Counted from the stretch's first letter, positions 28,636 to 38,976 are shown. The stretch: DNA of 64,000 nt from an uncultured Verrucomicrobiae bacterium (GCA_963788855.1 CAWBIE010000001.1:89437-153436), one strand, 5' to 3'. The notes: generated by a model not told the origin, from the sequence alone. Translations and numbers: made by a program.

Positions 28636-30196
28636 GTGAAAAGATTCATTCGCATCGCCGCGGTTGCGGCCGGAGCAGTCGTGGCCCTCGCTGCGATTGT
28701 CCTGATCGCCCTGAATCTGTATGTGCAATCGCAGGGGACACAAGCAAGGATTCAGCAGGAACTTAGCCATGGTCTCGGCACGACTCTGCAAATCCGGGCA
28801 CTTAGTGTAACGCCGTGGGGCGGATTGACCTTGAACGGAATCACCATTCCGCAAGCCGCGCCCGGTAGTTCCAGCGATTTTCTGACGGCCAAGAGCTTTC
28901 ACCTGCACGTCAGTTTTCTTTCTCTCTTCTCACGGAAGCTGGTCATCAAAAAGATCTCCCTGCTCGAGCCGACTGTGGTCTGGCCGCAGAACGCAGACGG
29001 CAAGTGGAGATTGCCCGGCTCGCAAAAAGAAAAGCCGCATTCATTGGAACCAGCCGAAGCTACAGGCAGCTCTCCGCCGGTCGACGCGGGCGTCCCGGCT
29101 CCGGCCGAATCCGAGACGGCAACACCGGAGCCGACCGCAGCACGGGAGGCACCGGTTGCGGCGAAATCACCCAAACCGAAAATCGGACTGGCGGCCGATG
29201 TTCAACACGTGGGCGTGACAGGCGCTAACTTTCGCTTTCTGGATCGCGCCGCAAATATGATCGCCAGTTTTGAGGACGTTACCTTTCACGCCAATGTTCA
29301 GAATGACGTGGAGTTACGCGGCGTTGCCAAGATAGCAAAGCTGTCGCTGCGGGATCGTTTTTTCCTCGAGCATCTCCAATCACCCCTCCGTTACGATTCA
29401 AATGATCTCGAGCTTTCGAAAATCTCGGCCCACGCGGCGGGTGGAAACTTCAACGGTGAATTCACCATTCATCCCGGATCGCAGGACTCGCCCTTCGCCG
29501 CCAAAGTGAAGTTTGGCGACGTCCAGGCCGATCAACTGATTGTCGAAGCCGGCGGCCCCAGCGGAGTAGTTCAGGGCAAGCTGGAAGGAAGTTTCGAAGC
29601 AACCGGAAAAGCGTCGGATGCGAATGCCCTGTCCGGGACCGGAGAAATCGTTCTGCACGACGGAGAGGTGAAACAATACAGCCTGCTGGTTGCTCTCGGA
29701 CAGGTCCTGCAAATCGAAGAACTGACGCAGCTTCATCTGGAGCAGGCCCAGGCCAAATACCACATCAGTCCTGGGCTGGTTACGATCGATGAGCTCGTCC
29801 TCCGCTCGCCGAATATCCGGTTGTCGGCGACCGGCACGATCACTTTTAACGGCAAGCTGCAGCTCGATTCGCAGCTCGCCATCAACGACAAGGTTCGTGG
29901 CCAGCTTTTTAAGGCCGATTCGTCAGAATTTTCAGCCCACCAGCGAGGCCGGGTTATTCGGCCATCGATTTCCAGGTCGGAGGTTCCCTGGATCGGCCCA
30001 AGTCGAACCTGGTCGACCGTTTGGTTGGTCGCGACTTGAAGGATCTGGTCAACGGATCTGTTTGGCGGAAAAAAGACCGGATCGCCCGAAGAAGAAAAAA
30101 CAGGCGGACGCCGGGCCAGCCACGACCGAAGAGGCGCCGGCGGCTCCTGACGCCCCGGCCGTTCCTAGTGCAACCGCGACACCGCCCGCGCCATGA
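28636..30196 (+). pseudogene. AsmA-like outer-membrane biogenesis protein; C-terminal part frameshifted as given
   Basis: N-terminal TM anchor, then a long beta-rich region typical of AsmA/TamB-like proteins. After ~29910 the sensible reading (PIRQNFQPTSEAG / YSAIDFQVGGSLDRPKSNLVDRLVGRDLKDLVNG / ...KKKKQADAGPATTEEAP...) hops between frames. The end at 30196 is chosen because it gives an ATGA overlap with rsmD. Family assignment is moderate. Confidence 0.55.
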
Positions 30197-30786
30197 GAGT
30201 GATCGCGGGTTCCGCCGGCGGAATCCAGCTCGAGGTTCCGAAGAGTAAAGTGCGGCCGACCATGGATCGGGTGAAGGCCGCGATCTTTTCGAGTCTGGGC
30301 GACGAGATCGCGGACGCCCGCGTGCTCGATCTCTTCGCCGGCAGCGGCGCGCTCGGGATTGAAGCGCTCAGCCGCGGCGCGGCCTCCGCTCTCTTTGTCG
30401 ATCAGGATCGAAAGTCGACCCTGGCGATCGAGAAGAATCTGGCTAAAACAAAACTCGAAGGACGCGTGCGCCAGCAGGATGTCTTTGCTTTTTTGCGGCG
30501 CGCGGACTCGGTCTTCCATATCATCTTCGCCGATCCTCCTTACGAACAAACGGAGTCCGGAGAACGCTTCACCGACAAACTGTTGACCGATGAATTCCTA
30601 CCCCGACTCTTGGAGCCGGGAGGAATCTTTGTCTTGGAAAAGCGACCATCCGAACAACTTCCCGCGACGAAATTCTGGAATGTCATTCGCGCAAAGACGT
30701 ATGGTGCGACCGAGGTCCTCTTTCTCTCCGCGATCCGGGATTTGCAGTCCGCAATCCGCAATCCGAAATCCGAAATGCCTTCGTGA
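30193..30786 (+). CDS. rsmD: 16S rRNA (guanine966-N2)-methyltransferase RsmD
   Basis: MRVIAGSAGGIQLEVPKSKVRPTMDRVKAAIFSSLG, VLDLFAGSGALGIEALSRGA, IIFADPPY. The C-terminal tail is encoded by a heptamer array (see 30749-30776). Confidence 0.88.
   Translation: MRVIAGSAGGIQLEVPKSKVRPTMDRVKAAIFSSLGDEIADARVLDLFAGSGALGIEALSRGAASALFVDQDRKSTLAIEKNLAKTKLEGRVRQQDVFAFLRRADSVFHIIFADPPYEQTESGERFTDKLLTDEFLPRLLEPGGIFVLEKRPSEQLPATKFWNVIRAKTYGATEVLFLSAIRDLQSAIRNPKSEMPS
30749..30776 (+). repeat. Tandem heptamer array CCGCAAT x2 + CCGAAAT x2 forming the 3' end of rsmD
   Basis: ccgcaat ccgcaat ccgaaat ccgaaat encodes SAIRNPKSEM. Same unit family as the ispG element at 11694-11767. Confidence 0.7.
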
Positions 30787-32072
30787 TTCGTTTCATCTAC
30801 AATTTGCTCTGGCCGTTTGGTCTCCTGGTCTTCCTGCCGGGTTACCTGGTGAAGATGTTCCGGCGCGGAGGCTACCGGGAAAAATTTGGCCAACGCCTCG
30901 GATTCTACGACTCCGCCGTTCGGGCCCGTCTGGCGAAGCAAAGATCGACCTGGGTTCACGCCGTTAGCGTGGGAGAAGTCTCGATCGCGCTGAAACTCGC
31001 TCGCGAAATGCGAGCGCTCGAATCCGGCCTCGAGTGTGTCTTAACGACGACGACGACGACCGGATTTTCTTTCGCCCGGCAGAATGCGCCCGCCTGGATG
31101 GAAGTGATGTACATGCCACTCGACTTCTGGCCCATCATGCATCGCGCTTTCTCCGTGATTCGGCCATCCCGGATCGTTCTCGTGGAAGCAGAGGTGTGGC
31201 CGAACCTTGTTGCGCAGGCGCACGCCCGCCGGATTCCGCTCGCGCTGGTCAATGCGCGTCTTTCGCCACGGTCCGAGAAGCGATTTCTTCGGTTTCGACG
31301 ATTCATCGGTCCGATTTTCCGCCAGCTTGATCTGATTTGCGTGCCTGAGCTGGAAGATGTGGAGCGATGGTGCGCGCTCGGAGTCGAGCGCCGGAAAGTT
31401 CATCATACCGGCAGCATCAAGTACGATCCGGCCGGCCTTGAGGATGAGCAGAAGACCCCGGGAATCGGAGTGTTCCACTTGAACGCGCTCAATCCGGACA
31501 ATCTCGTGCTCTTCGGCGGCAGCACGCATCGCGGTGAAGAAGAGATCCTCGCCCAGGTTTTTCTGAAATTGCGCGCGAGATTTCCCTCTCTGGCTTTGTT
31601 CATCGCGCCGCGTCATGTCGAACGTGCGCGAGAGATTCGCCGCCAACTGGAAGCGAACTCTCTGGGTGTTCGATTTGTGAGCGAAGCGGCTGATCATCCC
31701 GATGCCAAGCCAGACTGTGTGTTACTGGACAAGACGGGCGAACTACAGCGCTGCTACGGAGTTGCCACGGTTGTTTTTGTCGGCAAGAGCCTGACCTCGC
31801 ATGGCGGACAAAATCCGGTTGAGCCGATTGCAGCGGGGAAGCCGGTTATCTTCGGTCCACACATGGAAAATTTCGCGTCGCTCGCGCGGGCGCTTGTCCT
31901 GAAAAAAGGGGCAATTCAAATCAGCGACGTCGGCGAGCTGGAACGAGTGGCGGCAAGGCTCCTGGAAGATCGGGCAGCGCGACATCAGCTCATCGCAAAT
32001 GCCAGACAGGTGTTAATGGAACACCGGGGCGCCACGGCGCGAACGGCGCGCCTTGTCGTCGATCTGCCTTGA
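30783..32072 (+). CDS. waaA: 3-deoxy-D-manno-octulosonic acid (Kdo) transferase
   Basis: Intact 429-aa ORF (GTG start, GTGA overlap with rsmD): STWVHAVSVGEVSIALKLAREM, VLTTTTTTGF, GGSTHRGEEE, FVGKSLTSHGGQNPVEPIAAGKPVIFGPHMENF. Confidence 0.88.
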   Translation: MIRFIYNLLWPFGLLVFLPGYLVKMFRRGGYREKFGQRLGFYDSAVRARLAKQRSTWVHAVSVGEVSIALKLAREMRALESGLECVLTTTTTTGFSFARQNAPAWMEVMYMPLDFWPIMHRAFSVIRPSRIVLVEAEVWPNLVAQAHARRIPLALVNARLSPRSEKRFLRFRRFIGPIFRQLDLICVPELEDVERWCALGVERRKVHHTGSIKYDPAGLEDEQKTPGIGVFHLNALNPDNLVLFGGSTHRGEEEILAQVFLKLRARFPSLALFIAPRHVERAREIRRQLEANSLGVRFVSEAADHPDAKPDCVLLDKTGELQRCYGVATVVFVGKSLTSHGGQNPVEPIAAGKPVIFGPHMENFASLARALVLKKGAIQISDVGELERVAARLLEDRAARHQLIANARQVLMEHRGATARTARLVVDLP

Positions 32073-32111
32073 ACGCTTCAACGCTTCAGCGATTTAACGC
32101 TTCAACGATCC
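32072..32111 (+). repeat. Tandem octamer array (AACGCTTC-like x5) between waaA and tRNA-Glu
   Basis: aacgcttc aacgcttc agcgattt aacgcttc aacgatcc, starting within the waaA stop codon. Confidence 0.65.
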
Positions 32112-32164
32112 TACCAATTTGCCTTGCGCGGAGGTGCCGTCATTCCGATATTGCCCGCTCTCCT

Positions 32165-32237
32165 GACCCTATCGTCCAGTGGCCTAGGACACCGCCCTTT
32201 CACGGCGGTAACACGGGTTCGAATCCCGTTAGGGTCG
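32165..32237 (+). tRNA. tRNA-Glu: tRNA-Glu (anticodon UUC)
   Basis: Folded by hand. Acceptor GACCCTA/TAGGGTC, D stem GTCC/GGAC, anticodon stem CCGCC/GGCGG with loop CTTTCAC, T arm ACGGG-TTCGAAT-CCCGT, discriminator G. CCA is not encoded. Confidence 0.9.
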
Positions 32238-32339
32238 CGCCACTCCTTTTCGGAAGTGCCTCGAAACGTCAGCTTTCGTCTCGACGCTCTGCGACCGAAT
32301 TGAAAGTATCTCTTCAGACCTGCTTCTGGGTGAATCCGT

Positions 32340-34728
32340 ATGTCTGCCGAGGCTAAGAAGGAAATTCAGCTCGAGATCGCCCACGTGCTGTTCATCGACA
32401 TCGTTGGTTATTCGAAGCTGTCGGTTAACCAACAGCACGCAGCGGTTGAGGAACTCAACCAGATTGTTCGCGCTTCCGAGCAATTCCAAAGAGCTGAAGC
32501 GGCCAATCGGATCTTAAAAATCCCCACGGGCGATGGCATGGCGCTGGTGTTCTATCGGAGCCCCGAGGAACCGGCGCAGTGTGCCTTTGAGATCAGCCGC
32601 GCGCTCAAGGAACATCCCCGTCTGCAACTTCGGATGGGAATCCACAGCGGACCAGTCAGCGGGATTGTAGATGTAAACGAACGCGCGAACCTCACGGGCA
32701 CCGGAATCAACCTGGCGCAACGGGTGATGGATTGCGGCGACGCCGGACACATTCTTCTCTCCAAACACGTCGCCGACGATTTGGGAGAATACGAACAGTG
32801 GCGACCGCTCTTGCACGATCTCGGCGAATGCGAGAGTGAAACACGGGATGCGCGTGTCTCGGTCGTGAATCTTTACGCGGATGAGGTTGGCAATCCGCAA
32901 CTGCCGGAAAAGTTTCAAGCCCTGAAGAAACACAGATCACGAATGCGCTGGGTGGCGACGACGGCAGCGTTACTGACGCTCGCGGCAATCGTCGCTGGCG
33001 TCGCAATGTTTTCCCGTTATCGCGTGCGATCCGACGCTGGCTGCGCCGGAAAAAAGCATCGCGGTGCTTCCGTTCGAAAACCGGAGCCGCGACCCAGACA
33101 ACGCCTACTTTGCCGACGGCATCCAGGATGAGATTCTGACGCGCTTATCCAAGATCGCCGATCTGAAGAGTGATCTCGCGCACATCGACGCAGCATTACA
33201 AGAGCGCGCCGGAAAACTTGCCCGAGATCGCCAGGCAACTTGGCGTTGCCTACATCCTGGAAGGAAGCGTGCAGAAGAGCGGCGACACTGTGCGGGTGAA
33301 CGTGCAGCTGATCAAAGCGGCCAATGATTCCCATCTTTGGGCCGATACCTTTGATCGCAAACTGACCGACATCTTTTCGGTCGAGAGTGAGGTGGCCAAA
33401 GCCATCGCCGACCAGTTGCGAGCGCACCTCACCGGTCGAGGAAGAGCAAGTCATCGCCGCCAAACCGACAGACAATCCTGAGGCTTACGATGCCTACCTG
33501 CGTGGCCTGGCTTATACACTGAAAACGGCAAACACACCCGCCAACGCCCTTGGCGCACAGAAATATCTCAGAGAAGCGGTGCGGTTGGACCCGAAGTTCG
33601 CCCTTAGTTGGGCGCTGCTGTCATACGTGGATGCGCGCGGCTACACTCACACTGAGTCTTCAACCAACGGTCGCCCTCCGTGAAGAGGCACGGCAGGCAG
33701 CCGAAACCGCGCTCACTCTTCAGCCCAATCTCGGCGAGGCCGCTGCTGGCCAAGGGATATTACCACTACGCCTGTCTAAAGGATTACGACACGGCGGTGC
33801 GTTACTTTGAGCAAGCACGTCAGTTCCTGCCGAATAGCAGCCGGATTCCTGAATCGCTGGCCTATGTCGCGCGGAGGCGAGGCCAGTGGGACCGGAGCGA
33901 GTCGTATTTCAACGAAGCCGAGCGGCTCGACCCGCGCAACGTTAACCTGCTCACCCAGCACGCGCATTTCCTATATCGAGCTTCGTCGTTTCCCCGAAGC
34001 GCTGCGAAAGTTTGATCAGGTTCTCGATATTATGCCGGACGACGTGGATACCCTCGTGGTAAAGGCGGCTATCGCACAAGCCGAGGGCGATCTGCCGCGG
34101 GCGTCGGCGCTCCTCGCTCCGCTCCACCCGACTGCCGACGACTTCCGGGCGCTTGGAAACACAAGTTTACCAAGCGATCCTGGAGCGCCGCCCTGCACAA
34201 ATCATCCCTCGGCTAAAGGAAATACTTGGCCAAGCCTGATCCAGCGTTGGGTTACTATCAATGGCGAACTGCGCTTTTGGTTAGGCTGGGCGCAGGAAGT
34301 CGCCGGCGATCATGCCGCCGCCCAGGAAAGTTGGCGACAGGCGCGCAGCGAACTGGAACCTTTCCTCAAAGAACAGCCGGAAAATTTTGGCCTCATTGGA
34401 GATCTCGCGCTGACCAATATGGGCCTCGGTGACAAAGCCGCCGCATTCAGCTCTGGCGGAGCGGGCCATGGCCGTGAATCCGATCGAGAAAGACGCGGTG
34501 GATGGTCCCATTCCGATCGAGATCCTCGCCCGGGTGGCGGCGCGCATGGGGGAGCCCGACCGCGCCATCGCCGCTTTACAGAAACTGCTCTCGATACCGT
34601 ACGATGGCGCACTGGCTGCGAACGTGCCGCTCACTCCTGCGCTGCTCCGGCTCGATCCGATGTTCGATCCGCTTCGGAATGATCCGCGCTTCCAGAAACT
34701 CGTCGGCTCGGAAGCACCGAAACGGTAG
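32340..34728 (+). pseudogene. Class III adenylate/guanylate cyclase domain, TM, TolB-like and TPR protein; many frameshifts
   Basis: N-terminus HVLFIDIVGYSKL...KIPTGDGMALVF...RMGIHSGPV...NLTGTGINLAQRV is a cyclase homology domain. After a TM helix the reading (SIAVLPFENRSRDPDNAYFADGIQDEILTRLSKI, VISRTSTQHYK, YILEGSVQKSGDTVRVNVQLI, TPR-like repeats, ...DPRFQKLVGSEAPKR*) requires about 8 frame changes across ORFs 32340, 33064, 33170, 33387, 33550, 33680, 33807 and 34429. Confidence 0.75.
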
Positions 34729-34780
34729 GGAGAATTTCTCGGACAATTTCGGACACAGAAACTGCGTGATTCTGCGCGAA
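34717..34780 (+). repeat. Copy A of a ~64-nt direct repeat (partner at 36820-36882)
   Basis: ccgaaacggtagggagaatttctcggacaatttcggacacagaaactgcgtgattctgcgcgaa. About 80 percent identical to copy B, including a perfect 16-mer cggacaatttcggaca(c). Includes the last codons and stop of the upstream ORF (APKR*). Confidence 0.65.
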
Positions 34781-35216
34781 AACAGCCAAGCGGCAATTTT
34801 GCGAAGACAGCGCATTTTGCGCGACGCTCAGAACGTTTGAGACGCTCGACTTCTCTCCTTTCTCAAAGGAACGGGCGTCGAGGAGACTAAAGTTAAGAGT
34901 CACCTGCTCGGCGATTGAACCACAGGCGCGACCTGTTCAACCCCGATATTGTGCAAGAATGGGCGCAAATCCGCCTTGCGGCTCATCTCGGTGAGCGAAA
35001 CCTCGCTTTAATCTACCCGCCGGCAGCTAAATGCGTAGCCACATAGTAGGGCGCGGCCTGGATTTCTGGCGGCGGAGTTGATCTTTCGAAAAGTGATGCG
35101 CGATCACTTGCTCTGAATTTCGCGACCTTGAATTAGACGATTGAGTTCAGCTCAATAGAGAGGTTCTGCCAATACGCCTCGCAAGGTTATTGCAAATTGA
35201 TAATCACGCCTACGGG

Positions 35217-36197
35217 TCAGTGTGAATCCGCGTTCAGCCACTCGCTCCAAAGCTGCGGCCGACCGCCAGGATTGGCACGAGCATATCTATAAAAGGCGCG
35301 GACAAAGGCGATGCGGTCATCAGTATATGGCGCCTTCCAGCTGCCGGACTCGGCGGGGCGCAGCACATCATAATTATATCCGAGCAGTTTCTGCCGTCCC
35401 ACAATGTCCTCTAGCGAGACCCGGCTCGCATTTCGCAGCATATCGTAGAGTACCATGAAGGTAGTCGTCCGACCGCGGCCGGCCTCACAATGAAAGTGCG
35501 CCCAGCCATTCTCTGGCAGCGCGCGCACGGCCTGGATGAATCGGTCTACTTCGTCGTCGAGTGGGCGTGCATGATCGGTAACCGTGAGTCGCACATAAGC
35601 GACATTGTTGTACCCAACAATGTCGCGCTCCGTACTCGCGTGTTCGACGACAACGTGTTCGGGCGCGTTAGATGTGAGGCCAGATTTTTTGACGCCATCT
35701 CCGGCAACCACGATTTCGCTGCCGGGGGTGAGCGACTTTACGCGCGCGGTCTCGTCCACTTCGATGGCCGAGTGAGTGCGACCCACATTCGCCCAATCGT
35801 TCGTAGCAAACCAGCTAATCGGCAGCCCGTTGACAAAGATGTGTGTTTCCTGCCGCAGATCAAAAACAGTGACAGGGCCGCGCGTGCGCTCCAATAGGAG
35901 CTTAAGCCCGCCGGCGCTAAATTCTCCTCCGCCAGAAGCGTGCAGATCGACCAAGCCGGTGTTGGCGGGAATTTTTCCGTTGTCCTCCTTAAGTGGGTCA
36001 TCGCTCGTTCGAAAGTTGCGCGGCAGACTGTTGTCCAGCTTGTGACTAACGTCCCAAATCAGCACCGGCGAGTCCGCGTCGGGAGGTGGAGCCGGCGGCG
36101 TCTTCTGCACGAGCTCAGCCGAGAAACCCGCCGCCGGAGCAAGAACGAAGGTCAACAGGACAAACCAAGCGCCAGAACGAGGAAAGACAAGATTCAT
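35217..36197 (-). CDS. Protein-tyrosine-phosphatase-like (cysteine) phytase, secreted
   Basis: Signal peptide and the P-loop FHCEAGRGRTTTFMVLYDM (HCxxGxGRT, as in Selenomonas/Mitsuokella PTP-like phytases). Intact 326-aa ORF. Confidence 0.75.
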   Translation of the reverse strand: MNLVFPRSGAWFVLLTFVLAPAAGFSAELVQKTPPAPPPDADSPVLIWDVSHKLDNSLPRNFRTSDDPLKEDNGKIPANTGLVDLHASGGGEFSAGGLKLLLERTRGPVTVFDLRQETHIFVNGLPISWFATNDWANVGRTHSAIEVDETARVKSLTPGSEIVVAGDGVKKSGLTSNAPEHVVVEHASTERDIVGYNNVAYVRLTVTDHARPLDDEVDRFIQAVRALPENGWAHFHCEAGRGRTTTFMVLYDMLRNASRVSLEDIVGRQKLLGYNYDVLRPAESGSWKAPYTDDRIAFVRAFYRYARANPGGRPQLWSEWLNADSH

Positions 36198-36424
36198 TAA
36201 GGTCGCACGCTAAGTTGAATAAGGACTCCCATTGTGACCGTCGACAGCTTCCAGCGACTGTTCGATCTTGTCATTAACTCAACAACATCAAGAAACTCAT
36301 TGTGGAAATCAGACCGAAACCGCAGATCAAAAGCGGCTCCATCATAAGCCTCAGACAGCGAGTTATGCTCGACACGTCATCGGAATTATCGACATATTTA
36401 TATGTAAGGCCAAGCGTCAACCCC

Positions 36425-36817
36425 ATGTCCAAGGTGAGAGACAATCCGTGGTGGTTCCGGCACGTTCTGCCACTGGCCGCTGCGATTGCTGTTTTGGGTG
36501 GAGCAGCGGCGGTCCCCTGGTATTATTACGTTTCCCAAACGGGAGAAGCTTTCGCCACGGGGCAGGAGATTACTGTCCGTGGTGAAATCCTGGATATGGC
36601 TTGCTACATCGCTCACAACCTGAGCGGCCCGGGCCATGCAGATTGCGCGAGGACGTGTATTAGAAAGGGATTACCGGTCGGCATCAAAACCGAGGATGGA
36701 AAAGTTTACCTTCTCGTTGGCGAGAGCGTTTCCTTACATGGCCGTCTTTTTGCGCGTCGGTGCGCTTTCGTGCGCATGGGTCAAAATTCGACATGCGCAG
36801 CTAAGCCGCCTCGTTAG
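36425..36817 (+). CDS. Hypothetical small exported/membrane-anchored protein; C-terminus possibly frameshifted
   Basis: ATG 36425: MSKVRDNPWWFRHVLPLAAAIAVLGGAAAV, then GEILDMACYIAHNLSGPGHADCARTCIRKGLPVGIKTEDGKVYLLVGE. No function recognised. The tail looks unnatural, and an alternative frame ends APKQ* inside repeat copy B. Confidence 0.3.
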   Translation: MSKVRDNPWWFRHVLPLAAAIAVLGGAAAVPWYYYVSQTGEAFATGQEITVRGEILDMACYIAHNLSGPGHADCARTCIRKGLPVGIKTEDGKVYLLVGESVSLHGRLFARRCAFVRMGQNSTCAAKPPR

Positions 36818-36819
36818 CG

Positions 36820-36882
36820 CCGAAACAGTAGAGCGAATTTTCCGGACAATTTCGGACACCAAAACTGCGCAATCTTCGCGAA
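36820..36882 (+). repeat. Copy B of the ~64-nt direct repeat (partner at 34717-34780)
   Basis: ccgaaacagtagagcgaattttccggacaatttcggacaccaaaactgcgcaatcttcgcgaa. Aligned by eye to copy A. Confidence 0.65.
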
Positions 36883-36907
36883 TCTGCCCGGGCGAGGCAA
36901 CCAACGG

Positions 36908-38257
36908 TTAATCGTCGTCCTCTGGTTCCTTTGTGCGGGCGTTCTTTGCGCCCGGGGCATTCTCGGGGGCGAGGGCACGATGATCGATGAGGACGGCGTT
37001 TAGGTTTCTCCTGGCGGCGAGCACATCGGGGTCGGTGGTGTCGTTGGCGACGGGTATTTCTTCAAATGGCGCGTTCTTGAGATCGAAGAGCTCTCCGGTC
37101 CGGGTGAGTTTGTAGCGGGCATCGCGGGCGTATGATTTTCCGTTTAACTCCATGTAAATCCAGTCGCGTGGCGTTCCGGTTTCGCCTTTGATTTGCGGAA
37201 CGATGCTGTGGCTGTCGATCGTTAGGCCGTCGGGAAGCCTGGCACCGGCGAGCTCGCTGAACGTGCCGAAGAAGTCGCTGAAGTCGGTCAGATCGTGGCA
37301 GATTTTCCCGGCGGGCGTGGTCCCGGGCCAGTTGACGATAAGAGGCACGCGGCTGCCGCCTTCGAGCATTTCGCCTTTCGCGCCGCAGATGGGTTTGTCG
37401 TCGACTTTCGAAATATTCTTGGCGAAAAGCGCGGTGCCATTGTCCCCGGTGAAGATGACAAGCGTCTTTTCGCGGAGGTGCAGACGGTCGAGCTTGGCCA
37501 TGAGCTTGCCGACGAGCTTGTCCATGTATTCGATGTTGTCGGCGTAACGCTGATCCTTGGACTCGCCTTTTTTGCTGTTGGGCGTGCGAACGATCGGGGT
37601 GTGGATATGAACCATCGGGTAATACAGAAAGAAAGGCTCATCCTTGTGCTTCTCGAGGAAGTTCACGATGAAGGCGTGCATGAGCTCGGGAACGTATTGG
37701 CCCTTCCGCAATCTGATGGATCTGCCGTTCACCTGATATCTCGCAAGTTGCGCGCGCCAGTAGCGGCCGTTGCCGTGAAAGGTGAACCACTGGTCGAAGC
37801 CCCATTCGCCCGGTCCATAGGGCATCTGACCCCATTTGCCGACGGAGGCGGTCACGTAGCCGGCTTTTTTCAGCACCGTCGGAATCATGATCTCTTTCCG
37901 GTCGGCGATGGCCGATTCACTGTTGTTACCGATGAGGCCGGTGCGGAACGGATAACGGCCGGTCAGAAACTGACAGCGCGACGGGCCGCACAGAGGCGTC
38001 GCATAACAATATTCGAAACGCGTGCCACCAGTGGCGAGCGAATCGATGTTCGGCGTATTAAAGTGCCCGCCCGTGCAATGCACATCTCCGAGACCGACAT
38101 CGTCGGCGAGGATGAAAATGATATTCGGTTTTGGAGCGGCCGGCTTTTCTTCGGCGTTGGCGAAGCGGCTCCCGCAGGAGAGGAGGGCGAACGCGGACAG
38201 GGCGGCAACCCGCAGGAGTTTCTGTTTCATATAATACTTAAGACTGAAAGCTGGCAC
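36908..38257 (-). CDS. Arylsulfatase-family sulfatase (formylglycine-dependent), secreted
   Basis: Intact 449-aa ORF: NIIFILADDVGLGD, the Cys-type FGly motif PLCGPSRCQFLTGRYP, GKWG, FTGDNG. The true start is possibly MKQKLL at 38230. Confidence 0.88.
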   Translation of the reverse strand: MPAFSLKYYMKQKLLRVAALSAFALLSCGSRFANAEEKPAAPKPNIIFILADDVGLGDVHCTGGHFNTPNIDSLATGGTRFEYCYATPLCGPSRCQFLTGRYPFRTGLIGNNSESAIADRKEIMIPTVLKKAGYVTASVGKWGQMPYGPGEWGFDQWFTFHGNGRYWRAQLARYQVNGRSIRLRKGQYVPELMHAFIVNFLEKHKDEPFFLYYPMVHIHTPIVRTPNSKKGESKDQRYADNIEYMDKLVGKLMAKLDRLHLREKTLVIFTGDNGTALFAKNISKVDDKPICGAKGEMLEGGSRVPLIVNWPGTTPAGKICHDLTDFSDFFGTFSELAGARLPDGLTIDSHSIVPQIKGETGTPRDWIYMELNGKSYARDARYKLTRTGELFDLKNAPFEEIPVANDTTDPDVLAARRNLNAVLIDHRALAPENAPGAKNARTKEPEDDD

Positions 38258-38304
38258 AATTCAGCCGAGGGGGTAGAAGATGTGGGAGCTTTTTTGACGA
38301 TGCC

Positions 38305-38928
38305 ATGAACATTTCCACTCGTCTTTATCTTGTCGTCGCTGCCATCAGCGGCCTGGCGTCCGCCGGTGCAGCCGAATTGACAATCACGCAGAACATCATC
38401 CCCCCAGGGAGTTGCGGACGTCCTTTGCATCGGTCGATGCGCCCGACATTTATCACTATTCATTCGACCGACAACACGTCCCGTGGCGCCGATGCATTGC
38501 ATAACGCGCTCGCCATGAGGAACGGGCTCCGAGGCCATCACAATCGCACTGGATTTCTCACCTGGCATTTCACGGTGGACGATCATTCGATTTACCAAAG
38601 CCTGCCGACCAACGAAACGGGAGAGCATGCTGATTACGAAGGCCAGGGAAACAGATCGTCCATCGGGATCGAAATGTGTGTGAACCGGGGCAACAACCTT
38701 GCCAGCACCATCGACCGCACCGCGCAACTCACAGCCAGACTGATGCGTCAATATGACATTCCTCTCGATCATGTTGTCCCGCACATGCACTGGCGCATGA
38801 TCCGTTATAGTGACCGCCGCGATTTGGGGTTCAAACGATGCCCAAGAATTCTGCTGGATGGCGGCCGTCTTGGTCCAAAATGGAGTGCATTCATGGCCAA
38901 AGTCTCATTTTATGCACGACGAAATTGA
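38305..38928 (+). CDS. N-acetylmuramoyl-L-alanine amidase (Amidase_2/PGRP fold), secreted
   Basis: Signal peptide, FITIHSTDNTSRGADA, WHFTVDDHSIYQSLP, GEHADYEGQGNRSSIGIEMC, VVPHMHW...KRCP. Confidence 0.75.
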   Translation: MNISTRLYLVVAAISGLASAGAAELTITQNIIPPGSCGRPLHRSMRPTFITIHSTDNTSRGADALHNALAMRNGLRGHHNRTGFLTWHFTVDDHSIYQSLPTNETGEHADYEGQGNRSSIGIEMCVNRGNNLASTIDRTAQLTARLMRQYDIPLDHVVPHMHWRMIRYSDRRDLGFKRCPRILLDGGRLGPKWSAFMAKVSFYARRN

Positions 38929-38976
38929 GCGACTAACTGTCAAAAAAGTGAGAGCGTACGAGTCGAAGGGCCTCAT

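Noticed and set aside
37295-38308. 337-aa ORF antisense to the sulfatase gene
   Set aside because: Shadow ORF. The sulfatase frame carries the CxPxR FGly motif and signal peptide, and the antisense frame has no recognisable features.
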